Under the pieces are notes generated by a model that worked only from the letters and a program-made list of their open reading frames with translations, was not told the origin of the DNA and searched no databases. From Patescibacteria group bacterium (GTDB taxonomy: Bacteria > Patescibacteriota > Patescibacteriia > 2-01-FULL-39-33), in contig JBAZMW010000002.1 in the NCBI GenBank assembly GCA_041649575.1, forward strand, positions 90,001 through 122,000: 32,000 nucleotides of DNA, written 5' to 3'. Of the stretch, positions 1 through 6,511 are shown in pieces; the first letter of the stretch is position 1, and every line of letters starts with the position of its first letter. Position numbers and translations under genes: made by a program.

Positions 1-96
1 CGGCGAGTTATACAATACTGGAGAATTATTAATAAGAAGAATTTCCTCATTTCGCAATCAATTAAAATTATAAACCATAAGCTATAAGCCATCCTT

Positions 97-351
97 ATGC
101 ACGATTTCCACTTAGCCGACATAATCTATAAAACAATTTTAGATTACGCCCAAAAAAATAATTTGAAAAAAATCACCAAAGCGGTGATTGATTTGGGACA
201 GATTATTGAGCATGGTGAGGAGGTGTTGGCGGAAAATTTGGATTTTAATATCAAAATGTTGGCCCAAGGTGGCCTGGCCGAAGGCTTAGAGCTGGTTATT
301 AACAAAACAGCCGGTGATAGCTGGGTGCTAAAGGAAATAGAAGGAGTATAA
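97..351 (+). CDS. HypA-like protein: nickel-metallochaperone N-terminal domain only, zinc-finger module absent (84 aa)
   Basis: ATG ORF. MHDFHLADIIYKTILDYAQ follows the HypA/HybF N-terminal pattern (MHE-x2-LA-x2-I ... LDYAQ). C-terminal GDSWVLKEIEGV resembles the last HypA strand. The protein has no Cys, so both CxxC pairs of canonical HypA are missing. Confidence 0.5.
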   Translation: MHDFHLADIIYKTILDYAQKNNLKKITKAVIDLGQIIEHGEEVLAENLDFNIKMLAQGGLAEGLELVINKTAGDSWVLKEIEGV

Positions 352-360
352 TTTATTTTT

Positions 361-1542
361 ATGAAAGTAAAATCAATCAGGCAATTAAAAAAATTTCAGG
401 GCAAAAAAGTTTTGCTAAGAGTTGATTTTAATGTTTCCTTGGGAGCCAATCATAGGGTTGATAAAGCGGAAGATTACCGGATTGTCAAAACCTTGCCGAC
501 CATAAAATTTTTGACCAGTCGCGGTGCCAGAGTGATCATTATGGCCCATTTGGGCCGACCACATGGCAAAATAGTGGAAAACTTGCGTTTAAAACCGGTA
601 GCCGAAAAATTGTCAGAACTATTGAAGAAAAAAGTTTTGTATAGCAAAACCGTTTTAGGCGCCGAAACCAAACAATTAATCAAACAGATGAAGGCTGGCG
701 ATGTTTTAATGCTGGAAAATTTGCGTTTTGACATTCGGGAAGAGCGGGGAGACAAAAATTTTGCTCGGCAGCTGGCGGAATTAGGCGATATCTACATCAA
801 TGAAGCTTTTGCCGACAATCACCGCCATCACGCTTCGACCGCCATCATTCAAGATTATTTGCCGGCTTACGCTGGCCTGCTGCTGGAGCAAGAAATTCTG
901 AATTTGACCAAAGTTCTAAAAAAACCCAAACAACCGCTGGTGGTGATAATCGGCGGTACCAAGATGGAAACAAAAATAAGAGTTATTAAAAATTTTTCTA
1001 AAGTTGCCAAGAAAATTCTTTTGGGCGGCGCTTTGGCCAATACGGTTTTGCACGTGATGGGCGTTAGCGTCGGCAGATCACCGGTGGAAAAATCAATGTT
1101 TTCCGAAGTCAAAAAATTTAAATTGACGGCCAATCAGATCGTGGTGCCTCTCGACGGCGTCATGGCCGCCAAAATCGACAGCCAAAAGGGCCGGATGGAC
1201 GCTTTGGCAGACGTCAGAGATAATGAATTGATTTTGGATGTCGGTCCTGATACCATAAAACTCTATGAAAAAATCATCAAATCCGCTAAAATGGTAATGT
1301 GGAACGGGCCAATGGGGCTGATAGAAAATCCGGTTTTTGCCAAAGGCACCCAGGCGCTGATAAAAATTTTGGCCAATTCTTGCGCCGAAACCATCGTCGG
1401 TGGCGGCGAGACCGTGCAAATGATTCGGCAAATGAAATTAGAAAACAAATTTAATTTTGTTTCTACCGGCGGGGGAGCGATGCTGGAGTTTTTGGAGGGA
1501 AAAAAATTACCTGGGCTAAAAAAGTTGATTAAGAATTTATAA
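361..1542 (+). CDS. pgk: phosphoglycerate kinase
   Basis: 393 aa. N-terminal KKVLLRVDFNV motif, C-terminal STGGGAMLEFLEGKKLPG, and full-length Pgk-like layout. Confidence 0.95.
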   Translation: MKVKSIRQLKKFQGKKVLLRVDFNVSLGANHRVDKAEDYRIVKTLPTIKFLTSRGARVIIMAHLGRPHGKIVENLRLKPVAEKLSELLKKKVLYSKTVLGAETKQLIKQMKAGDVLMLENLRFDIREERGDKNFARQLAELGDIYINEAFADNHRHHASTAIIQDYLPAYAGLLLEQEILNLTKVLKKPKQPLVVIIGGTKMETKIRVIKNFSKVAKKILLGGALANTVLHVMGVSVGRSPVEKSMFSEVKKFKLTANQIVVPLDGVMAAKIDSQKGRMDALADVRDNELILDVGPDTIKLYEKIIKSAKMVMWNGPMGLIENPVFAKGTQALIKILANSCAETIVGGGETVQMIRQMKLENKFNFVSTGGGAMLEFLEGKKLPGLKKLIKNL

Positions 1543-1545
1543 CTT

Positions 1546-1590
1546 TTTTGTCATTGCGAGCGGAGTGAAACGCAGCGAAGCAATCTTTTA
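1546..1590. repeat. left inverted repeat flanking the GIY-YIG gene
   Basis: TTTTGTCATTGCGAGC[GGAGTGAAACGC]AGCGAAGCAATCT. The reverse complement of 1891-1926 is TTTTGTCATTGCGAGC[AA]AGCGAAGCAATCT, giving 16 + 13 identical nt around an indel. Confidence 0.85.
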
Positions 1591-1602
1591 GATAAGACAG
1601 AT

Positions 1603-1893
1603 ATGGCCAAATATTATTACGTTTATGTTTTGACTAATGCCAACAATTATGTTTTATACACAGGAGTCACAAATAATTTGCAGAGAAGGTTATGGGAACA
1701 CAAAAGCGGTAAGGCGGACGGTTTTACTAAAAAATATAAGTGTAAAAAATTGGTTTATTATGAATATTCGGAGTCAATAGGCGCAGCCATAAATAGAGAA
1801 AAACAAATTAAGGCCGGCTCAAGAAAAAAGAAATTGGAATTGATAAACAATTTTAATCCGCAGTGGTTGGATTTGGGGCTGGAGATGTTTTAA
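1603..1893 (+). CDS. GIY-YIG nuclease superfamily protein (UPF0213-like, 96 aa)
   Basis: YYVYVLTN...VLYTGVTNNLQRRLWEHKSG...EKQIK matches the GIY / YIG / Arg / Glu core of small GIY-YIG proteins. Confidence 0.9.
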   Translation: MAKYYYVYVLTNANNYVLYTGVTNNLQRRLWEHKSGKADGFTKKYKCKKLVYYEYSESIGAAINREKQIKAGSRKKKLELINNFNPQWLDLGLEMF

Positions 1894-1926
1894 GAGATTG
1901 CTTCGCTTTGCTCGCAATGACAAAAT
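1891..1926. repeat. right inverted repeat flanking the GIY-YIG gene
   Basis: TAAGAGATTGCTTCGCTTTGCTCGCAATGACAAAAT is the reverse complement partner of 1546-1590. Confidence 0.85.
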
Positions 1927-1985
1927 AAAACAGCCTACAATCAATGAATTAACTAAGAAAAATTAATAAATAACCAGAAATTTTT

Positions 1986-2774
1986 ATGGACGAACAAAAA
2001 CTAGACTGCTGCCATAGCAGTAAATGCCATTGTGCCAAGTACGTAATTCTTGGCATCTTGGCCTTGGCCCTGATTGTTTACGTGGGCGTTTTAACCAGGA
2101 ACGCCTGGCGGACTTACGATTATATCGGTAAGTCGCCCGATATTCAGGATAGGATTACTGTCACCGGTACCGCCAAAGTCAGCGCCACGCCGGATGTGGC
2201 TGTGCTATACTTGGGAATTGTCAGCGAAGGCGCTACGGTTAATGCGGCGCAAAAAGGCGTCACCGAAAAAATGAATTCCATCATCGATTCTTTGAAAAAA
2301 GAATTTAAGATTGAGGCCAAGGATATTCAGACTCAAAATTTTAGTGTTAATCCCAAGTACGACTGGAGCGACGGCAAGCAAAGAATTATCGGTTACAGCG
2401 CCAATCAAAGTGTTCAGGTAAAAGTCAGAGACTTTGACAAGACCGGTGATATTTTGGCCAAAGCGACCGATTTGGGCGCTAACACCGTTTCTGGTCCGAA
2501 TTTTATAATCGACGATCCGGAAAAGGCCAAGGCCGAGGCCAGGGATAAAGCCATTGCCCAGGCCAAGGAAAAAGCCAGTTTGCTTGCCGATCAGGTTGGC
2601 ATTAAGCTGGGCAGAATTGTTAATTTTTATGAAGGCGGCAATGAAATGCCTAATGCAGTTTACAGCCGTGATATGGCCATCGGTCTGGGTGAGACAAAGT
2701 CCGTTGCCCCGGTCATTGAACCAGGCAGCCAGGACGTGCAACTCACCGTCAGTATTAGTTATGAAATAAGATAA
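1986..2774 (+). CDS. SIMPL/DUF541 (BP26/OMP28-like) domain protein with N-terminal membrane anchor
   Basis: 262 aa. TM helix YVILGILALALIVYVGVL, then ITVTGTAKVSATPDVAVLYLGI...IQTQNFSVNPKY...GYSANQSVQVKVRDF...GAN, typical of the SIMPL family. Confidence 0.8.
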   Translation: MDEQKLDCCHSSKCHCAKYVILGILALALIVYVGVLTRNAWRTYDYIGKSPDIQDRITVTGTAKVSATPDVAVLYLGIVSEGATVNAAQKGVTEKMNSIIDSLKKEFKIEAKDIQTQNFSVNPKYDWSDGKQRIIGYSANQSVQVKVRDFDKTGDILAKATDLGANTVSGPNFIIDDPEKAKAEARDKAIAQAKEKASLLADQVGIKLGRIVNFYEGGNEMPNAVYSRDMAIGLGETKSVAPVIEPGSQDVQLTVSISYEIR

Positions 2775-2781
2775 CTTGTCA

Positions 2782-2808
2782 CTTTTCTTTCTCTAGGAGA
2801 AAGAAAAG
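2782..2808. other. 12-bp perfect hairpin just after the SIMPL stop
   Basis: CTTTTCTTTCTC-TAG-GAGAAAGAAAAG. There is no T-run after it on the + strand. Confidence 0.6.
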
Positions 2809-2813
2809 CTGAT

Positions 2814-2881
2814 GCAAAAGAAACCCGCCCGTGCCGAACGCCAGCCCGACAGATCATTCTGGCGGGGTACGTTCGGGCGGG
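2814..2881 (-). terminator. GC-rich interrupted hairpin plus U-tract, functional only on the - strand (orphan terminator)
   Basis: Pairings are 2824-2828/2877-2881 (CCCGC/GCGGG), 2834-2840/2870-2876 (CCGAACG/CGTTCGG) and 2841-2844/2859-2862 (CCAG/CTGG). On the - strand the stem is followed directly by TTTCTTTT (complement of 2816-2823). Confidence 0.5.
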
Positions 2882-2886
2882 GAGTC

Positions 2887-2912
2887 GCGAGCTAAATTTT
2901 CATTTAGCTCGC
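2887..2912. other. 11-bp perfect hairpin in the eno upstream spacer
   Basis: GCGAGCTAAAT-TTTC-ATTTAGCTCGC, followed on + by an A-rich tract. Confidence 0.6.
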
Positions 2913-2954
2913 AGGAAAAAAAATCAAAATCAAAAAAAATACTAAAACTTAATT

Positions 2955-4244
2955 ATGGCAAAAATCAAGTCAATTGCAGTGCGCGAAATTTTGGCTTCTG
3001 GCGGGGCGCCGAGTTTGGAAGCAAAAGTAATTTTAGAATCAGGGGCGACAGGAGTAGCCTCGGTCTCCTATGGAGCATCGGCCGGCAGTAAGGAAGCTTT
3101 TGTGATGCTTGACGGCGACAAAAATCGTTATAACGGCAAAGGCATGCTTAAGGCCAAAGAAAAAATCGATTTGATAATTGCTCCGGCTTTGATCGGCAAG
3201 GAGGCCAATGACCAAAGGGAGATCGACGAGCTGATGCTGCAACTGGATGGAACAATAAACAAAGCCAATTTGGGCGGCAATTCTATTTTGGCGGTTTCGC
3301 TGGCGGTGGCCAGAGCCGCTGCCGCTGATAATGATTTACCGTTATATAAATATCTAAGAAAAGTTTTCGCTATCAGTCCAGCTTCTTTGACAAGCAACAG
3401 TTCGGAGTATTGGAAAATGCCCAAGCCGATGGTGGTAATGATCGAGGGCGGCAAACACGCCGATGAAACCACCGACTTGCAAGAGTATTTAATTTCTTCC
3501 CTAGGCAACAGGAGCGCGGCAGAAAACGTGAGAATACAGATGGAGATTTATGAGGCCCTGAAAAAGATTCTAAAAAGAGAAGGATTGTCCACTAATGTCG
3601 GCAATGAGGGAGCTTTTGCGCCGGGCGGTATTGTTGGTAATGAAAAACCGATGGAATATTTTGTCGAGGCCATAAAAAATGCTGGTTATACGCCCGGTGT
3701 TGATGCTGGTATTTCCATTGATGCCGCGGCCAGCGAGCTCTACAGCGAAGAAACAAAAAAGTATACCTTGGCGCTGGAGAAAAAAGAAATGACCTCGGAA
3801 GAATTAGTCGCTTATTATTTATCTTGGATAGATAAATACCCTTTCGTGTCCTGGGAAGACATGCTCTCGGAGTTTGACTGGGAACATTGGCCAAAACTGG
3901 TGGAGGCGGTAAACAGTAAAATAATAATTATCGCCGACGATTTGACAGTGACCAATCTCAAGTTGTGGCAAAAAGCCATTGATGAAAAAGCAGCCACCGG
4001 GATTTTAATTAAGCTAAATCAGGCCGGTTCGGTGACCGAGACGGTGGATTGCTGTGTTTTGGCTCAAAAGCATGGTTTTTGGAAAGTGCCCTCTCATCGT
4101 GGCGGCGGAGAAACCAACGATACCTTTATGGTTGATTTGGCCGTAGCGGTTGGTGGTGAGTATATTAAAGTAGGCCCCACCAGAGGAGAAAGGGTTTGTA
4201 AATATAATCGGCTGATGGAGATAGAGGAGGAGATTAACGGCTAG
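2955..4244 (+). CDS. eno: enolase (phosphopyruvate hydratase), divergent
   Basis: 429 aa. Contains YGASAGSKEA, DDLTVTN, the enolase signature ILIKLNQAGSVTET, and SHRGGGETNDTF (canonical SHRSGETEDTF with one extra Gly). Confidence 0.92.
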   Translation: MAKIKSIAVREILASGGAPSLEAKVILESGATGVASVSYGASAGSKEAFVMLDGDKNRYNGKGMLKAKEKIDLIIAPALIGKEANDQREIDELMLQLDGTINKANLGGNSILAVSLAVARAAAADNDLPLYKYLRKVFAISPASLTSNSSEYWKMPKPMVVMIEGGKHADETTDLQEYLISSLGNRSAAENVRIQMEIYEALKKILKREGLSTNVGNEGAFAPGGIVGNEKPMEYFVEAIKNAGYTPGVDAGISIDAAASELYSEETKKYTLALEKKEMTSEELVAYYLSWIDKYPFVSWEDMLSEFDWEHWPKLVEAVNSKIIIIADDLTVTNLKLWQKAIDEKAATGILIKLNQAGSVTETVDCCVLAQKHGFWKVPSHRGGGETNDTFMVDLAVAVGGEYIKVGPTRGERVCKYNRLMEIEEEING

Positions 4245-4274
4245 TATTAAAATATTTTTGCCTCAGTGGGTTAA

Positions 4275-4327
4275 GAGTTTTTTAAAAAAGAAAACTGCCT
4301 CATCCTGCGCGTGCGTAGGTGAGGCAG
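4275..4327 (-). terminator. rho-independent terminator of the - strand orphan gene
   Basis: Stem CTGCCTCA/TGAGGCAG (4295-4302/4320-4327). On the - strand it is followed by TTTTCTTTTTT. Confidence 0.75.
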
Positions 4328-4348
4328 TCGTGAAGAACGGGTCGGCCA

Positions 4349-4789
4349 CTACTTTACGAAGTTGAAGTGGCCATAGCGCATGCCGCTGTGAAGCCACCCG
4401 ACGATTGCTTCGCCCTTGTACTCGCCGTCAAGGACATGGGCCGTGAATAGCCAGGAGGCTTCCCTACGCTCTCCCAAAAAGTCCAACAGGAGACCGGTGA
4501 TGCGAATCGTTACTGTTTTCAGGTTGAATTCGTCGCTGGTCGCCGTACGGATTTGCTCGTCGGTAGCGCTCAGGTTGGTCGTGGCATACTGCAGGAGGCA
4601 GTAAATCATCTGTCTACCATTGTATATCCTGAGCGAGTCTATTAGCGTCGCCTGGCCCGGACAGCTTGTCACGTGGTTTTCGAAGTGCTCCCGCTTTCTG
4701 TACTTTGAGTCGGTAAGCAGCTTTGTTAGGGCCAGCCGGACAGCCTCGTCAAGCTCCACAAAGCAGCCATTTCGTTCATTTGTTGCCAT
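4349..4789 (-). CDS. hypothetical protein, 146 aa, no recognisable family; atypical composition
   Basis: ATG at 4789-4787 is preceded by GGAGG 6 nt upstream. The ORF-track start at 4828 is a GTG without an SD. The ORF ends in a TAG stop and has its own promoter and terminator. Codon bias (GAC 7:0 GAT, AAG 5:1 AAA) is unlike the neighbours. Confidence 0.6.
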   Translation of the reverse strand: MATNERNGCFVELDEAVRLALTKLLTDSKYRKREHFENHVTSCPGQATLIDSLRIYNGRQMIYCLLQYATTNLSATDEQIRTATSDEFNLKTVTIRITGLLLDFLGERREASWLFTAHVLDGEYKGEAIVGWLHSGMRYGHFNFVK

Positions 4790-4894
4790 AAGGCACCTCC
4801 ATTTCTTGCTAACGTACACCAGTCTCACTCACAGAGGCGGAGACTTGCCTCCATATTCCGCTAGGCGGAACGACCCATCCATAAGAATGGGAAT
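4790..4894 (-). promoter_or_regulatory. predicted about 105-nt structured 5' leader of the orphan gene
   Basis: Lies between the predicted -10 box and the ATG. Contains several GC hairpins and a duplicated AUGGAGG string. Confidence 0.35.
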
Positions 4895-4900
4895 TAATAT

Positions 4901-4929
4901 ATTTTACTAAATAGAATAGTTTTTGTCAA
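4901..4929 (-). promoter_or_regulatory. sigma70-type promoter TTGACA-N17-TAAAAT
   Basis: Reverse complement of 4924-4929 is TTGACA and of 4901-4906 is TAAAAT, with a 17-nt spacer. The -35 box abuts the gpmI start codon at 4931. Confidence 0.5.
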
Positions 4930-4930
4930 G

Positions 4931-6499
4931 ATGGCAGTTAATAAACCAAAACAATCTAAAAAAGTGATTTTATTAATTTTAGACGGCTGGGGGATTGGCA
5001 AAAATGACGCCTCCAATCCGATTTTTTTGGTCCGGCCGAAATTCATCAATTCGCTTTATAAGAAATACCCTCACACCCAGATTTGCGCCTCTGGCCGTTG
5101 TGCCGGGCTGCCGCCGGATCAAGTAGGTAATTCCGAGGCTGGGCACATGAACTTGGGTGCCGGACGAGTGGTCGACCAGGATGCTGTCAAAATTTCCAAA
5201 CAAATAAATACCGGTGAATTTTTCAAAAACCCGGCTTTTTTGGCGGCGTTTAGCCACGTCAGAAAAAATAATTCCGCCCTGCACTTGATAGGCATGCTTT
5301 CTAACGGGCAGAGTCCGCACAGCGATCCCGATCATCTTTTGGCCCTGTTGACCATGACGCGGAAATATAAGGTCAAAAGGATTTATCTGCATTTATTCAC
5401 CGACGGACGCGATAGCCCGCAACATTCCAGTCTGAAGTCAATAATGGCCTTGGAGCGATCTTTGAAACCTAATGAAATAATCGCCACTGTCATTGGCCGT
5501 TTTTATGCCATGGACCGCAAAAAATCATGGGACCGCACGGTGCGCTCTTATAACGCCATGACCGCCGATCACAGCGAACATCGCGCCAATAGCCCGCAGG
5601 CCGGAATCATGCGCGCCTATAACGCCAACATTACCGATGAGTTCATAGAGCCGATTGTTATTTATCGAAAAGGAAAAATAATCAGAAGAATAAGTGACGA
5701 TGACGCGATTATTTTTTTTAATTTGCGCAGCGACCGCGCCCGTCAGCTGGCCAAGCCTTTTGTCCAGCATGATTTCGAAGCAGCCAATCCCGGCTCGGAA
5801 AAATTTCCCCGCAAAGAAATCCTAAAAAATATAGTTTTTGTCGCCATGACCGATTTTGGCCCCGATTTAGATAATATCTTGACCGCCTACCCCTCCGAAG
5901 ATTTAAAAAATACTTTGCCTTTTGTTTTAAAAAACAAGAAGCAGGTTTATATTGCCGAGAGCGAGAAATACGCCCACGTCACTTTCTTTTTTAATGGCGG
6001 TTATGCCGATCCGGTTGCCGGGGAAAAAAGGATAAACGTTCCTTCGCCCCGAGTCAGGTCTTATGATGCGGCTCCGGCGATGTCGACCGCGGCCATTACC
6101 AAAAAAGTTATCTCCAGCCTCAAGAGTTACGATTTTATTTGCGCCAATTTTGCGTGTCCGGATATGATTGGCCATACCGGCAATCTGCTGGCGGCCAAGC
6201 AAACAGTCAAAGCGGTTGACGGCTATCTAAAAAAGGTGGTTTCCGCTTGCCTGAAACAGCAGGCAACCTTGATCATTACAGCCGATCATGGTAATATAGA
6301 GTACATGCGCAATCTTGATACCGACGAAGTTGTTACCGAGCATACCACCAATCCGGTGCCCTTTATTGTTATCAATAAAAATTTTAACAGAAACAGTCAT
6401 TTGAAAAAGGGCGGATTTTTGGGTAATGTGGCGCCTACGATTCTAAAATTACTTGGCATCAAAAAGCCAAAAGAAATGACCAAAGACAGCCTGATTTAA
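4931..6499 (+). CDS. gpmI: 2,3-bisphosphoglycerate-independent phosphoglycerate mutase, paralog 1 (more divergent)
   Basis: 522 aa. Contains LILDGWG, GNSEAGHMNLGAGR, FTDGRDS, EKYAHVTFFFNGG, PDMIGHTG and TADHGN. Confidence 0.88.
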   Translation: MAVNKPKQSKKVILLILDGWGIGKNDASNPIFLVRPKFINSLYKKYPHTQICASGRCAGLPPDQVGNSEAGHMNLGAGRVVDQDAVKISKQINTGEFFKNPAFLAAFSHVRKNNSALHLIGMLSNGQSPHSDPDHLLALLTMTRKYKVKRIYLHLFTDGRDSPQHSSLKSIMALERSLKPNEIIATVIGRFYAMDRKKSWDRTVRSYNAMTADHSEHRANSPQAGIMRAYNANITDEFIEPIVIYRKGKIIRRISDDDAIIFFNLRSDRARQLAKPFVQHDFEAANPGSEKFPRKEILKNIVFVAMTDFGPDLDNILTAYPSEDLKNTLPFVLKNKKQVYIAESEKYAHVTFFFNGGYADPVAGEKRINVPSPRVRSYDAAPAMSTAAITKKVISSLKSYDFICANFACPDMIGHTGNLLAAKQTVKAVDGYLKKVVSACLKQQATLIITADHGNIEYMRNLDTDEVVTEHTTNPVPFIVINKNFNRNSHLKKGGFLGNVAPTILKLLGIKKPKEMTKDSLI

Positions 6500-6511
6500 A
6501 ATTTATTTTTT

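Larger units (their letters stand above)
1546..1926 (+). mobile_element. GIY-YIG nuclease gene bounded by about 30-bp imperfect inverted repeats (possible small selfish cassette)
   Basis: Inverted repeats start 4 nt after the pgk stop and directly bracket a 96-aa GIY-YIG ORF. No clear target-site duplication was seen. Confidence 0.4.

Noticed and set aside
474-1448. Four - strand ORFs (61-112 aa) inside pgk. Similar antisense or off-frame ORFs occur inside the SIMPL gene, eno, gpmI, the GT2 genes, mreB, rseP, proS, mrdA and greA. There are also + strand ORFs at 27657-28939 inside gyrB.
   Set aside because: They lie fully within well-supported genes, have no motifs or start context, and have low-complexity or Arg/Ser/Pro-rich compositions typical of shadow ORFs.
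2831-3091. 86-aa + strand ORF spanning the GC-rich rod and the eno start.
   Set aside because: It is out of frame with eno and runs through hairpin DNA. Its composition is low-complexity (SGGVRSGGESRAKFSFSS). It is best explained as a stop-free GC-rich stretch.
4834-4852. The - strand string GGAGGCAAGUCUCCGCCUC resembles the RNase P RNA P4 region GGAGGAAAGUCCGGGCUCC. A similar + strand string, GGAGAAAGGGGGGCUCC, lies at 19745-19761.
   Set aside because: Neither locus has the partner ACAGAA..GGCUUA strand, the GGU L15 region or other conserved RNase P blocks in the right order. The first lies in a leader followed by a good ORF, and the second is on the strand opposite the terminator.
4416-4910. 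+ strand ORFs at 4416-4604 and 4620-4910, and the GTG-extended start (4828) of the - strand orphan ORF.
   Set aside because: The + strand ORFs have no start context and are antisense to the ORF that has a promoter, SD and terminator. The GTG extension runs into the structured leader and lacks an SD. ATG 4789 with GGAGG is preferred.
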